Shown here piece after piece: positions 14,690 through 29,008 of a stretch of 64,000 bases of DNA (within the stretch, counting starts at the first letter, position 1; each line of letters starts with the position of its first letter). The stretch is taken from contig OX597842.1 in assembly GCA_951406725.2 (NCBI GenBank), positions 21,204,001 to 21,268,000 on the forward strand, in the 5' to 3' direction. The notes beneath the pieces are model-generated. The model made no database searches. It was not told where the DNA came from and was given only the letters and a program-made list of their open reading frames with translations. Made by a program: the position numbers and the translations under genes. The DNA comes from Octopus vulgaris (lineage: Eukaryota).

Positions 14690-15350
14690 TTAATAGAGAT
14701 AATAGTGATGGTAATAGTAATGATAATAATGGTAATATTAATGGCATTTTGTAACTTAATATAATGAACTCTTGACTTTGTATATGTACATTTGCATATG
14801 GATATGTGTATGTTTGTATATTGTAATATTCTAATATATTGATTTGACTAAATGTAACCTTGTATATATGTATGTATATTATTATGTATATACGTGTATA
14901 TATATATAGGAGCATGGGTATATGCACTTATATGTATGTGTATATTATATATTATGTGTATGTACCCATTCTTGTATGGGTGTACCTTCTCTGATATTCA
15001 TATTTAGATTGTACTTTATAATCTCTGAAGAAGCCTTGGGATATATTTGTATGCGTCTCATTTATAACCACATATTAACTTATCACACCTGGCTAATATG
15101 AGCATAATGAGATACTCATATCTACATGGCTGAAACAGCTGTAAGATGTAGTTTATATTTATATTTATTTAGATTTATTTATACATATTGTACTTATTGT
15201 ATCATATTACTCATTGATGTGCATTGTTTTGTTCTGTACTATTATGTTTGACCTTGATGTTCATATGTGGTGGGTTTATAAATTGTGATTGGGTATTATC
15301 TGGTAGTTGATTATTGATTAAGGTGTATTTCTCCATTTTCTTATTTTGTA
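14335..15350 (+). mobile_element. Non-coding hammerhead-bearing (Penelope-like, non-autonomous) element, copy 1
   Basis: Colinear homology to the reverse complement of 43085-44100; ends ctccattttcttattttgta followed by (TA)n. Confidence 0.65.
15021..15147 (+). ncRNA. Type I minimal hammerhead ribozyme with long stem II (GUA site)
   Basis: atct-CTGAAGA-agcc..(gtctcatt/aatgagat)..ggct-GAAA-CAGCTG-TA-agat. Confidence 0.8.
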
Positions 15351-15398
15351 TACATATATATGTATGTATGTATGTATTTGTGTATGTATGTATGTGTG

Positions 15399-15431
<33 letters not shown>

Positions 15432-15528
15432 GTGTGTGTGTGTATATATATATATTATATTAAATTAGAGACAAAACCACTATTAGGCAAATCTGATTTT
15501 TCCCTGTAAGTTTGGATTTATTCCCTAA

Positions 15529-16130
<602 letters not shown>

Positions 16131-16253
16131 GTATAATATGTATATGTGTGTATGCAATTATTGATGTAATTAGGTTATAATGACTCAATTACATTTGTTT
16201 TAATTAATCTGATTATAATTATTTTTTTCCTTTCCTCTTTCTATAACTTTCAG

Positions 16254-16290
16254 GAGGCACTATGATGTGGTTGCTTCAATGCTGGTCCAG
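16254..16290 (+). CDS. 37-nt exon RHYDVVASMLVQ completing an ankyrin repeat
   Basis: Long pyrimidine tract plus cag, gttagt donor. It supplies the phase 2 to 0 link needed between the flanking exons and fits the ankyrin second helix. Confidence 0.85.
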
Positions 16291-16733
16291 GTTAGTTAAC
16301 AAATACATAATTATATTCTGTCTTTAATATTCGATATTAATATCATCAAAATACTGGTGGGTAGGTTTAATCAACTTCACTGCAGCAGCCTTTAAACGGC
16401 AGGTCTTGGGTCTGTGAAGAATAATTATATTGGTGATAACAATGATGACAGTAGTAGTGGTGTTGACAGTCCAACTGACCACCACTGCTGACAGTACTAT
16501 CTTCAATGGTCAGACAAGACAAGGTCATTATGAATTCAACCCATATATATCAGATTATATATATATCATCATCATCATCATCTTTTAATATCGCTCTGTC
16601 ATGTTGTATGTGTGTGTGATATGTTATATATGTACATTGTTGGTGTCGGCATTTTATCTTGTGTCCAATAATTTATTTGACTTCTTTTGGCTACTTTTTC
16701 CTCTCTGTACATATGTATAAATGTCTATGTATG

Positions 16734-16796
<63 letters not shown>

Positions 16797-17261
16797 CGGG
16801 AAGCTTTATGAAAATAGACAAAAGACGAAGGCATGTGGAAAACAAACAAACAATATATATATATATATGTATGTATATGTTTATGTACATACAGAGTTAT
16901 TCATACCAGACATATTGCATGCTGAGATTATGCAGCAGAGAAAAATTAAAAGTCCTTGTCCCCAGCAACAAAGCTAAATGAGGGTACGCTGCACTCAGTC
17001 CCTATTGCTTCATTAATCCATTACCATCAATACATGATGAATCGACTTCCCTTGTCCTTTCCCTACCTAATTCAACAGATTAACTACCCTTGCTGTATTT
17101 ATCTACCTAACTTATTTACCTCAAGGACATGTATTACGAAGGACGAGATGGACGCTTCATTTTTATGCTGTTGCCGCATTATGTCGTACGCGAATGAGAG
17201 GATTTGCATCCCCAACGTAGAATTTTTGATGTAATACATGTCCTTGAGGTAGTAATTGTGC

Positions 17262-17339
17262 GCGGCTGAAGAAGGCCATAGACACACATTATGCATTGTT
17301 ATAAATCCGTCTAATAAAGGCCCGAAACATATGTACTGC
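17262..17339 (+). ncRNA. Type I minimal hammerhead ribozyme (GUA site)
   Basis: gcgg-CTGAAGA-aggcc..ggccc-GAAA-CATATG-TA-ctgc; A-C mismatch at the base of stem II. Confidence 0.72.
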
Positions 17340-17569
17340 TGAATCCTTGGCATCATGTTTTTATTTTGATTAATTTACTCCACCACCTACACCACCAAAC
17401 GGTATATACAGGTGCTTACAATTATCAAGTACTCACCCTTAATTTCTGTACCCAACTAACTTATTTACCTGTATTTGTATTAACATTGCATTGCATGAAT
17501 GCCAGGATGCGGCACCCTCCACTGCTGGTGGTGACAATACCTGATTAACTCCTATTTACAGGTGTCCAT

Positions 17570-18650
17570 AAACAACCTTTTCAGATGCTGATAGCTGCAG
17601 TCAATGTAGGCACAGCAACAATCATCTCATCCTATGCGCTCCTCCCCCCACACACACAGACAACTGGGTCTGCCAAATGAACTGAAGGGCTACTTCTATG
17701 ACACTCTTCTGCTGGCCACTTCAAAGATAAATGACTGTGACCTTATCTTCGTGGCCAGTGATTTCAATGGATATGTTGGGCAGCACCGAGGTATCTTCCA
17801 TGGGGGACGCAGATTTGGTTCCTGAAATGAGGGGAGTGCAAGGCTACTGGAGTTCTGTGGTGCAAATGACCAAATAATCGCAACACTTGCTTCAGAAAGC
17901 TGGCCAGCCACTTGATAACCTATAAATCCAAGGTACATGCTCACCAAACTGACTACATTCTCACCCAAAAGCAGGATTCATGGCTGCTCATAAATGCAAA
18001 GGCCTTCAATAGAGAAGAATGTAGCCCACAGCATAGGTTACTCATTAGGGAGTTCAAGCTACTGGCTTGAAGGATTCCAAGAAGCAAGCAAGTTTGGAAA
18101 AGAAGAGTATGGAAGCTGAAGGAACCTTCAATTAGTCAGAAATTTAGTGATGTCCTAAATGAAGCATATAATGGGAAGGAGGAGGAATTTCAGACTTGCA
18201 GCATTGAGGATAAGTGGAAGTTCCAATGGGACAACTTGCTGAGAGTTTCAGACCAAATCTGTGGCTGGTGCAATGTCCCAGCCAGGCGTAGGGTGATGTG
18301 GTGGTGAAAAAGGGTAATTGACAGGGACAAGGATGGGAAGGGTGGTGGCAGCTGGGAGTTGTATCAGGCAGTTAGAAAGGAAGCTAGGAAGCAGGTATAC
18401 TCAGCCATGAGTGAAGCAGAAAGGAAGAAGTTTGCCAATGTCTTGCAATGTGAGGAGCAGAGATTTGAAGTGTTTTGGCTTGCCAAGGAAAATTGTGATG
18501 TTGTGAGAGAGAAGTGTGTTCACATGGATGATGGCTCCCTTGCAGTTAGTGACTCTGCAAAGAAATAGGCTTGGAAGTGCCACTATGAAAGGCTCCTAAA
18601 TGTAGAGAACGCGTGAGAGAAGGAGAGGCTGTCTAAAGTGGATCCAAGAG
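17570..18650 (+). mobile_element. Decayed RTE-type LINE endonuclease/linker fragment
   Basis: SYAP-like motif, FVASDFNGYVG, and a linker with AWK.HYERLLN-like sequence; multiple stops. Confidence 0.75.
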
Positions 18651-18799
18651 ATCTGTTTGTTTTTTTTAGTTGTTCGAAGAAAAGTTCATTTCTATGTTTT
18701 CGTTTCTCATTGTGTTCGTTTTTTTTAATGTCTTGTACCCATATATGCATGTATATATATACATATATATATATGTAGGTATGTACATATATTTATATA

Positions 18800-18832
<33 letters not shown>

Positions 18833-19358
18833 TGCAGTGGCAATTTTGATTGTTATATGAATATGTGTGTGTGTATATATATATGTGCGTGTATATATAT
18901 GTGTGTGTGTGTGCGTGTTACATCCATAACGTTAATATATTTATACATCTATATGTACAATGATGTAAGGATGTGGACACTAACCAACTCCCCCGTTTTA
19001 TGGATCCCTTATTAACATAGCAACATCAAAGGTTTACATTAAGTATATAATTCGTCTTTACTAGACTCGATCTGCTAATTATATTTTCACTCTTGTTCTA
19101 GTCCCCTAAAACATACTATATAGTGAGGGTAAATGAAGATGAGGCTGAAACTATCTGTTTATGACATCTTAATAGATTTATCATGTTCCTAACAAATATC
19201 CATAGCGTATTATAGAGGGACCTTACAGAAGGTTGACTACACTAACAAACATCAAATGTACATGATCAGGTTGATCAAGTACCCAGTAGAAGACAGCAAT
19301 GACACATCCACCCTAATTTTCATGTACATTTTCAATTTCTATTTTTACTTCCACAAAG

Positions 19359-19571
19359 GATTCAGTGAAACTGGATATTGAGAACAATCGTAAAAGAACA
19401 CCCTTACTGGACGCCATGTATGCAGCCCACCTCGGAATAGTCCATAAACTTATTATACATGGTGCGAACATGAATGCCGTCGACAATGATGGCAATAATT
19501 GTTTGCACCTTTCCATAATAAAGAAAGGGATGTTTCATTCTGAGGTGGAACACATTTACATTTTAGATAAG
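19359..19571 (+). CDS. Ankyrin exon DSVKLDIENNRKRTPLLDAMYAAHLGIVHKLIIHGANMNAVDNDGNNCLHLSIIKKGMFHSEVEHIYILDK
   Basis: ccacaaag acceptor, gtaagt donor; ankyrin consensus. Confidence 0.92.
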
Positions 19572-21355
19572 GTAAGTTTTTAAAATTGTTTGTGAATGTG
19601 TGTGTGTGGTTGGCATTAGGAAGGGCATCCAACCACAGAAACCATGCCAAAACTGGCAATTGGACCCTGAGCTGCTCTGCAGTTGGCCAGCCCTTGCTGA
19701 ACCATTGAACCCACACCAGCATGGAAAATGGACATTAAATGATGATGAGGAGGATGAGTAGAAGTGTGAGCTTGTGTGTGTGTGTGTGTGTAAGATAAAG
19801 AGAGAGAAATAGAGAAACGGGCAGACATTGCTTGCCATGTCTATTCACTCCCATCCACCTCTCTTCCATTAGTATTAAGTAATCCAGTCAATCCAGATAA
19901 CCCTAGTTATATTATGTAACTAACTATATTCCATCTCCTTTCACCCTCGAAGGCATGCTCTCTCCACTGTAAAGGAGGTAACCCATCTTGTTGGCTATAT
20001 AAACACAGCCATCACAGTGTGAAGGAAAGGTGACCAATGACAAAGAGGAGACATTCCCAAATAACAATGAAACAGGGAGGAGGAGAGGTCTGTGTGACAT
20101 GATAGACGATAACCTTTATAATGCTGGTGCCATGATAAATGCATCCAGACCATTCTGTGAAGAATTCTTCCCGAAACGACTCTTTATCACACATCTTGCA
20201 CACGATGTGTATCCACTGGTTTCCTGTAGACATGTCATCACAATGTTGAATGTTAGAACACTAGAGAATGGATACAATGAAGGAAGGTCCTTGGTGTGTT
20301 TTCCTGTATGTAGGTTGTGTATGTTCAACTACATATTTATCTGTCTCTCTCTCTCTCTCTCTTTCTTTCTGTATATATATATATATATATATATAAACAA
20401 ATGCATCAACATGTATCCATCGGGAGATCTGATGGTATATATTGTCTACTGTTTCAGAATTCAACCAACTCTTTGATTCCCGTATAAATAAAGGTCATTA
20501 CTGATGTGTGACTCTATTTCAAACATTTGATGATCATATGTAAATTGTAGTAATGTCTACTTTGGTGAGAAGAAGCCACTCTTGCAGTCAGCTACCCACC
20601 CAACTGGAATTGTCTAACAGTTTGAGCAGTTTATTAACTATAATGTGTTGGTGTGCTGCCTCAACTGTGACACTAATTCTTACTTCCTTTACTTTACCTT
20701 CATTATCCAAAGATGTTTCTTTATTAATTATGGAAACGTTGTTATTTTTGGATATGTCTGTATGGTGTTGCTTTTGTTGTTGTGTCTGTTCTAAGTATTC
20801 TCAGTTCTCATGTAACTTGTTTGCTGTCATGTTGTTGTGTTATATTTATATATACAATACTCCTCCATATTTCTTGTGTGATGGCCATTTATGGATTCAC
20901 CAAGCTAGTTGAATAGGTTGTTGTTAGTTTGTTGTGTTCTAATATTTGTGATGTTTGTTCCATTATATTCCATATATTTGACTTGATGCTATGATTTGGT
21001 TTTAAATTGTTTTTTATTGAATATCTTGTGATATTTGCAATTGGCAAATGATTATTTACGCATTAATTACCAATAAACTTGATGTTAATCAGTAATGTTT
21101 GTTCTGTTTAATATAATGACCATATATATAAAATATATAAAATATGTCATAATGCTGAGAATTAGACTAAAAACAAATGAAAATGGGAAATGGATTCAAT
21201 TAGAGATGATGTCGGAACTTAATATTGTGCAATCAGTTTAAGCGCTGGAGATACAAACTATTTGTATACGTAGTTGAACTGTTGTGTAATTTGGGTATCT
21301 ACGAAGTATATTTGTGAAATATTGTAATCATCATTTTATACTTTGTCATTTGTAG

Positions 21356-21534
21356 TGCTGTGCTAAGCTTGGGTTGCCGATCAAAAAGAGGCTCTCTGGT
21401 GTAGGAGTCGCTAGCTATCTATCCCACCAGGGGGCCAACTTGTACAGGAAAAATAATAAGAATGTAGCTCCATTGGACCTCATTGGGGATGCAGATTTGA
21501 AAGAAAAATTTAAAGTATTATTCCCCCCACCACA
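21356..21534 (+). CDS. Last ankyrin exon CCAKLGLPIKKRLSGVGVASYLSHQGANLYRKNNKNVAPLDLIGDADLKEKFKVLFPPP
   Basis: tttgtag acceptor, gtaagt donor. A.YL...GA.L..KN....PLDL resembles the terminal ankyrin of Mind bomb proteins. Confidence 0.88.
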
Positions 21535-22243
21535 GTAAGTATTCATTGGCAGTGACAGTTTATTTTCTATTTTGTATATAATCATGTTTATGTTTGTTTA
21601 ATTTTAATTCTACCAATACATTATACTGCCATAGTGTCTTGATCAAAGGCCACACAACAATAGTATGAAGGACAATAAACAAAATGCAGTTGTTATGTGA
21701 TCCACTGAAGAGCACTGTTTTGGTTGGTAGTTGTACCTCACTGTCTACCACCACCCATCTACCTTTCTTAGTTCCCTATTTTAAAGATTTGTGACCAATA
21801 AGAAAATGTAGAACTAAACAGTGAAGTGAATGAACAGATTTTGAAGTTGTTACATAAAAACAAATGGAATTTATCTGTCTACCAACATGTTCCCTCTCTT
21901 CTCTGTTCCAATCAGTTCATTATTATGAAAGGTTTCGTAAGAAAATAAACTACACACCCAAACAGTGTGTGTATATATATCATCAACATCATTATCATCA
22001 TTGCTTAACGTCCATTTCCATCCTGGCATGAATTGGATGGTTTGAAAGGGAGCCCGCCAGAAGTCTACACCAAACTTCTGTCTGTTTTGGCATGCCCAGC
22101 AGAGTGGACTGAGTAACACCAGCGCAGGCAAGGCCAGTTTTGGAATGGTTTTTACAGCTGGATGTCCTTCCAAATGCCAGCCATTTTACAGTGTGGACTG
22201 GATGCTTTTTATGTGGCACCAGCACTGGCATGGTCACCAAGTG

Positions 22244-22275
<32 letters not shown>

Positions 22276-23789
22276 TATTTCTGTTAATATTGCTAGAACA
22301 CTGACACACATCTTCACAGAATAAAATTGCCAGGAAACATAAATCGTTCTGGTAACACCTATACCATTCTTAGTCTTTTAAGCTTCTTGGTCACATTAGA
22401 CTCCTGTATTTCATAAGTTTTAGCTGTTACTTTGCCATATATTTGTTAGCTGCTGATGAACAAGACACATTATTCTCTGTGAGAATATGCATAACTTTCT
22501 TTGTCTGTTGAAATTCAGATATTGTCTTTAGATGTTGATTTCTGAACTGTATAAATATAGCTCTGTTTTATCCGATAGACAAGCATTGGTTGGACTTATT
22601 TATTAGCAAATAATCTTTTATGCAAATATTGTAATAACATAATGCATACAGAGCTGAGGTGTACTACAACTTACTGGGAAAGGGTAAAAGAGGGGATGGA
22701 AAGCAGTGCTTAGTCAAGTAAAGAAATACCGTTATGAAAGCTAGGAGTACATGCACGATACATAGAATAAAACACAAAAAACAGAAAGGCTAACAGTAAA
22801 AGAGGCATAAAAAGGTACATCAGGAGTGTAGTGGTCTATGTAGCTAAATAGTTGAATGATCTCCCTTGCAAGAAAGCATATAGAGTAACCTCCCTTTACA
22901 AAGTTTCTAGCAGCATCTGTGTCATCAGATGTGATTCTTAATTATTCAAGTATCTTAGCATTTCTCTTGGTAGTTTCTAGAATATCTAGCATTCCATTCA
23001 TAAAAACAGCTTGCTAACCCTGCTCTTTGCTTCTTAGTCGATTAGACTTAGAGCCATTCACATCATTGCTATGTCCGTCTGTTTCTCTACGCCACATGGC
23101 TGAAAACCACCACTTGGCTATTATTTCTATATTTTCTATCTCTGAACTTTCTTGTATAGATTATTTCATTCAACTAGATGCTACATATTAATTCTGTGTA
23201 TCGTCATCGACCAGTAAATAAAATATATTTTTCCGTAGTAAATATATAGGTCTTGAATTTATTCTTCATCTCTTTATGAACTCTTGTAAATAACATACAA
23301 GCAGCCACATCAACACCTTGTACTGGCTATATATCCTCGGTAAGAAAAGAATATTTTGAAGGATGCCGTATCCTGACAGCTAACAGCTGACTCAGGTGGT
23401 TTGTTGTGTGCTTAAATAATTCTGAGTGAGATAAAGTATTTTGTAAAGTCATGGGTGCTGCACTGTTTTTTATTTTAATTTTATAAGAATGTCTGCTACT
23501 GGCTGAGATTTTGAATTAAAAAATGTTGCCAAAGTTGTTGTTGGCAAGATTATGTATAAACCTTAGGGATTATACCAGATTAGCTGCTAGACTTCAAAAC
23601 TTTAGTGTGCTAATACCCAGAGAAACAATACATTCAGTATATGGTGACTAACAGAGAGTATTTGCCTGGTTTGGAGATCAGATTGAAGCAAAGGTATATA
23701 GCATCTAATAAGATGTCAATACCCAGAGAAGCAATATATTCAAGATATGGTAACTAACAGAGAGCATTTGCCTTGTTGTTCTTCTCTGA

Positions 23790-25650
23790 ATAGATATTCT
23801 GGACAGGATGGGGATTCCAGATTGGAAATGTAAACTCTAAGTGTAGACGTATGATAGCCAGGCATAATTTTAAACTGATAACTTGACAAATTGACGGGCA
23901 GAGGTTTTTACTGAGCAATACTTTGATATTTCTGATGATTTTTAGAAATGTGGTTCATGCATTACACATCATTGTTGACATTAATGTCACGGTCAAGTTC
24001 ACCTGCAGACTTTTGAAGTTTGCTGTTCTGGAGAGAGTTGGTAAATTTTTGAATTTTCATTCCAAAGTGTATAGTGGTGCACCATTCTATGGCCAGCTTG
24101 AGTTTGCAATCAGCAGTGCATTGCTGCATTGTATCCAGGTCAGATTGAAGAAAGGATCTATAGCAGATAGTTGGCATGTATTTAGCTGATACATAGAAGG
24201 AGCAAGAGAAAACCAAGAGTAGTTCCTTGTAGGTCTTCTGTGTTGGGTGCAGAATGATAGCTTAGTGTTGTGACTCTGTCTTTTCAACTGAGAATGTAAG
24301 TATTTTAAGCAGTTATATAATTTAGTCCTCGCACCCATTCCAGACAGTTGTGCCGTAATTGATCACTGTGGCATGGAATTAAAGACTTTGGTGAAGTTGA
24401 TAGAGATAATATCCACCCATGAACCACCATCTGTGATGAAATTCAATGCAGCAACAGTTAGGGATAAATCGAAATGGTTGGAGTTTGAATAAACTTATGA
24501 GGGTTCCAGATGTTCCAAAATGTCTTCCTGTAGATCCATTAATTCTGTGAGACTGACTGGATGGTAATCAACAGGGGATGTCTGGTCACTCCCTTTTTGA
24601 ACGGGGGAGAATACTGGCAACTTTCCATTAAACTGGGCTAAGTGTGAATTAGAAGAGGACAAAAAGCTGGTGCAGTAGAAAAAGGGTGCACCCTTTGAGA
24701 AGCAGATGAATAACACCACCAAGACAAGAGGAAGCATAATTGCACATATGCTTCAATTAGCATTGCGATATTGCAGAATTCAACAGGTTTTATGGAATTT
24801 GATCTCAGTAGCAGTGAAAACGGTACATTTGTCACTCCTTTAATATGGCAGGGTACCATGTTGCACCTTCTTCTTTTATCCCCTGTTCTTTTATCACGTC
24901 CAGCATCTCATCGATATTTCCTGGCAGTCTCTCACATATTCAGGCTTCTAAAACGTTTGTATGGCACCGACACTTATTCATGAATTAAGGATGGATGTGC
25001 TGAAGGTTAGTCTTGACATCTCCAGAATTGTAAAGTCGAAGCCAGTCAGAGAACTATACCTCAGTACAGTCGGAGTTCCAGGAAAACAAAGCAGTTTGGA
25101 AGTTATGGTGGCTTTTCTTTCTATCCATTAGAAATATTTTTGCAAGATTGGTGTATGATCAGAGTCACCTAAGGGTTCATCACTATTGAGGCTGATAATT
25201 TCAGGAGCAGTGGTAAATAGCAGATCGAAAGTGTTGTTAACTCTTATGGGAGAGAGACTGCTTGGGATTAGTTTGAATCTAACATTAAATGAAGGAAATC
25301 TGTTGTGGCCAGTGGAAGATTTCCTAATCAATATTGGGTAATTGAAATCACAAGTATGAGAACATAGGTAACCATTTTCATAGATGCAGCTCTAAAAAGT
25401 TTTGAGGATGGTAAATGTTGATGTGCTTTTATGTCGCAGAAAAATTCCTCCTGTGACTGGTTTAAATCTTCACAAGCAATTTCTGAAAAGCTTGAGCAAG
25501 CATAGACCATCGCACCACCTCCAAGGTAATGAAAGAGGTCTTTGTGAAAGAAAATGTAGCCAGCCATGCTAAAAACACCATTGCACAGTAAAGAATGTGT
25601 CCAGGTTTAACAAATGAGATTGGAATCAGTACTTTTAACTTAGGAATCAA
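23790..25650 (-). mobile_element. Old CR1/L2-like LINE remnant (endonuclease + RT)
   Basis: FDLLFT, PLGDSDH, YHPVSLT and DFTKVF-like remnants with many disruptions. Confidence 0.65.
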
Positions 25651-26275
25651 AAATAGGGAACTTTATTGCATAAACTGTGGGTATTTTTAAACAATAATTT
25701 GTATCTCGATTTAAATCTGTCATGGTTCATGGAAGAGGATATTCTCAGACCAGTTTGCATCCCTTTTTCATCTGGTATTGAGTCATGATTTAAGGGATCT
25801 ACAATATGTAACTTCAGGTGTGTATCAGGTGGTGAATGACGAAGAGCTCAATTTATCACACCTGTCCTTATAAGAAGCTAAACAGTATGCACATAGCTCA
25901 GTAGAAGGTAAATCTAACTCGTTTGGGTTTTGATCCAATCAACTGAGGCAAATAAAATAGTTTTGGAGAAACACATCTGAAGTTGATAAGATGTAGATCA
26001 ATGAATATGGACTCACCTATAACAAGGGGCAGGTTTGTATGCAGGGCAAACCTAGACTGAAGTGTTTTGCTAAAGAACTTTACACATCGCCTTGTTCAGG
26101 AATTGAAGCCGCAATTTTACTGTGTGAGTCCAAAAGCCTAACAACTTAGCCATGCACCTCACTCTGGTCAGTCTGGTGTTTCATAATATTCTGTACTGTA
26201 AACATTAAACAAACATGTAATATTTGTTAGAAATGAATGTTATAAGGTGGGATGTGTTTTATGTTTTTTCCACAG

Positions 26276-26400
26276 ATGTATGCTTTGTGAAGTGAATAAA
26301 GCCAGCATGGAGTTACAACCCTGTGCACATACTGTTTTATGTGAAGATTGTAGCAAAATTCAACTTAAAACATGTATAGAAAGCAAAAGAAGGAGAGTTG
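26276..26400 (+). CDS. RING-HC (IAP/MIB-type) exon CMLCEVNKASMELQPCAHTVLCEDCSKIQLKTCIESKRRRV; 8th zinc ligand absent
   Basis: ttttttccacag acceptor, gtaaga donor; pattern C-x2-C-x11-C-x-H-x3-C-x2-C-x7-C-x2-S. Confidence 0.88.
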
Positions 26401-27653
26401 GTAAGAATATGATTTGATGATCTGTCTGTTTGTCACATGACATTATGGAATGGAATAATGTTGTATCAACCCAGATCTGTCATAATCTGACAGACGTATG
26501 ATAAAAAATGTCCCAGGTGTCTTTTCTCTTTGATAGTATATCCATGACTACACCCACTGAATATTGTCTTTATCCAAGTAGGAAACCTGTCCCACATCAA
26601 AAGAGTACTGTCTGCAACATAAGACTAATACGTTTTACTGAAATATAAATGAAATATCAATAAATCTCCAAGGTCCCATCAGTAAACATCAACTTTTTAT
26701 ATTCAGTTGTCAGCTTTTATATGAGGTTAATGATTTATAAGTACCTTGGGAAACTGATAATTAAGGACAACAGTACTTCCTACAACATCACAGTCAGCTT
26801 TGTAATGTAAGAATTTCAATGACAAAATCTCAACTGAGAGTTTAAGACTCTTAGCGAGTCTTATATATTCTTGAGAATGAATTCTAGTGTCCCATTTCAG
26901 ATATAACTCCTTTGCAATAATGTGTAGATAAACAGTTTTAAGTTAAGGAGGTTTTATACAAATGTAATGTTTCAGGATACCTCTTATCACTTTCTGCTCC
27001 ACCTGTGTAGAACTAATCATTGCTCACCTGGAAAAAGAAAAAGCTGCTTATTAATGAGGATGAATGACATTGAAATATCTTCAGATCTTTCCTGAATCAG
27101 GTGGTATTCTGGTGAAGTGTGATGTGGGCAGTTAAAATTAAAGATTACCAACTGTAACATATAAAAATGAGGGCTGGGGTATGTTTATCCTTCCTGAACC
27201 AATGTGTCATGCCTTTGTGGCCAGATCTTTGAAGACCAGATTGGTTGACACTGGAATTTAGCAGAAAATGAGAAGAATATTGGTTAGTGAAGGTTCGAGA
27301 TGAGAGGACAATGGCATGTCATATGACCAGCACAGACATAACAAAGGAAAGACAAAATTAAGAGAAAAAGAGTGTTATGAAGGGATAAATAAGTGAGAGA
27401 ATTTCAGAATCCTTAGATTAGTATATAGGATGTCTTAAGAGAAAGATGAGATTTAGAAAGGTTTGCCTATTTTGTTGTGGTTCTAAGTATTGAACTATTA
27501 TATAGTAACAGCTTAGAAAGTGTTGACTGAAAGCATAGTGGTCACCAATTGACTATTGATGATATGAATGCCTTACAAAAATGGAATATAGATTATTAAA
27601 AGAGACAAAGAAATTTTACTATGAAGTATAAAACTTTGAAATGCTTATTTCAG

Positions 27654-27704
27654 TGTGTCCAAAGTGTACAGAAAAAGCAGTCAAGACGGTTGTAGAATCT
27701 GTTG
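27654..27704 (+). CDS. Mini-exon A (51 nt) VCPKCTEKAVKTVVESV
   Basis: ttatttcag / gtgagt; phase 1-1. Confidence 0.82.
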
Positions 27705-27819
27705 GTGAGTATAAAATATCTGTAATTGATTTCTATAAATTTTACCTTCACCTGAGATATATTATTTGTGTGAATGACTGAGAACAGGTTCCATTCTTAA
27801 TTTCCAATTCTTATTTCAG

Positions 27820-27855
27820 AATGTCCAAAGTGTAAAGAAAAAGTAGAATCTTTTG
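27820..27855 (+). CDS. Mini-exon B (36 nt) ECPKCKEKVESF
   Basis: ttatttcag / gtgagt; phase 1-1; in-frame 15-nt deletion relative to A. Confidence 0.78.
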
Positions 27856-27970
27856 GTGAGTATAAAATAACTGTAATTGATTTCTATAAATTTTACCTTC
27901 ACCTGAAATATATTATTTGTGTGAATGTCTGAGTACAGGTTCCATTCTTAATTTCCAATTCTTATTTCAG

Positions 27971-28021
27971 TGTGTCCAAAGTCTGAAGAAAAAGGAGTCC
28001 AGACGGTTGCAGAATCTGTTG
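27971..28021 (+). CDS. Mini-exon C (51 nt) VCPKSEEKGVQTVAESV
   Basis: ttatttcag / gtgagt; phase 1-1. Confidence 0.78.
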
Positions 28022-28136
28022 GTGAGTATAGAATAACTGTAATTGATTTCTATAAATTTTACCTTCACCTGAGATATATTATTTGTGTGAATGACTGAGA
28101 ACATGTTCCATTCTTAATTTCCAATTCTTATTTCAG

Positions 28137-28187
28137 TGTGTCCAAAGTCTGAAGAAAAAGCATTCAAGACGGTTGCAGAATCTGTTG
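28137..28187 (+). CDS. Mini-exon D (51 nt) VCPKSEEKAFKTVAESV
   Basis: ttatttcag / gtgagt; phase 1-1. Confidence 0.78.
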
Positions 28188-28970
28188 GTGAGTATAAAAT
28201 AACTGTAATTGATTTCTATAAATTTTACCTTCACCTGAGATATATTATTTGTGTGAATGACTGAGAACAGGTTCCATTGTTACATTTCTTTCAAATGGTT
28301 AGCGATAAAAGTAATTCTATTCGCTACCTACAAATGCAAGAATATCCAATAAAGGGGTTTTATAGAAATATGGAAACATGAGACACAGGAAAAATGTCTT
28401 TCACGATGAGGCCAAAATACAAAAGATAAAATATAAACCCTGAAGCTGTTCTCTCCCCATAATGAGATACATTCACTTTTCTTTCATCTCATTGTTGTCT
28501 CTCTCTCCTTCCCTGTTTCTTCCTTCATCTCTCTCTCTCTCTCTCTATGCATCTACATGTAGCAGCCTCTGTACTTTCCAGTCGTGTAACAACATGAATT
28601 GTATTTAAAATATTGATATTACAGAAATTTAATAAAATGTCCAGCAGTGTTGGCCCTGTTGCTAAAATGGTTAAATTAGAAAAAACAAACAAACAATAGA
28701 GTTAATATTGTCTTTTGAATGAAGGAAGAAAAACATTTTGTTGTTTAATGGTAAACAGGTGAGTTAATGACAGTGTTTGTTTGTTGTACATTTTCAATAA
28801 GTTTACTGATTATTGTTGTTGATGTTCTTGTTGAACAAGATGGTTAAGTTGAAAGCTTACAAGTGTGATCACCCTGTCTTTTTTTTTTTACTGTTAGTAA
28901 ATCTATCATTACATCCATTAAACGATGTCTTTGTCCAAGTAAGAAGCTTTGGTCTGCTGCTGAGACAATT

Positions 28971-29008
<38 letters not shown>

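Noticed and set aside
19916-20525. Second solo LTR (TGTAAC start, TATA ~19995, AATAAA ~20487)
   Set aside because: No matching 3' inverted terminus or TSD was found, so support is too weak to call.
27654-28280. Repeat-spacer appearance resembling CRISPR
   Set aside because: The constant parts are 115-nt GT-AG introns and the variable parts are homologous exons; eukaryotic context and no cas genes.
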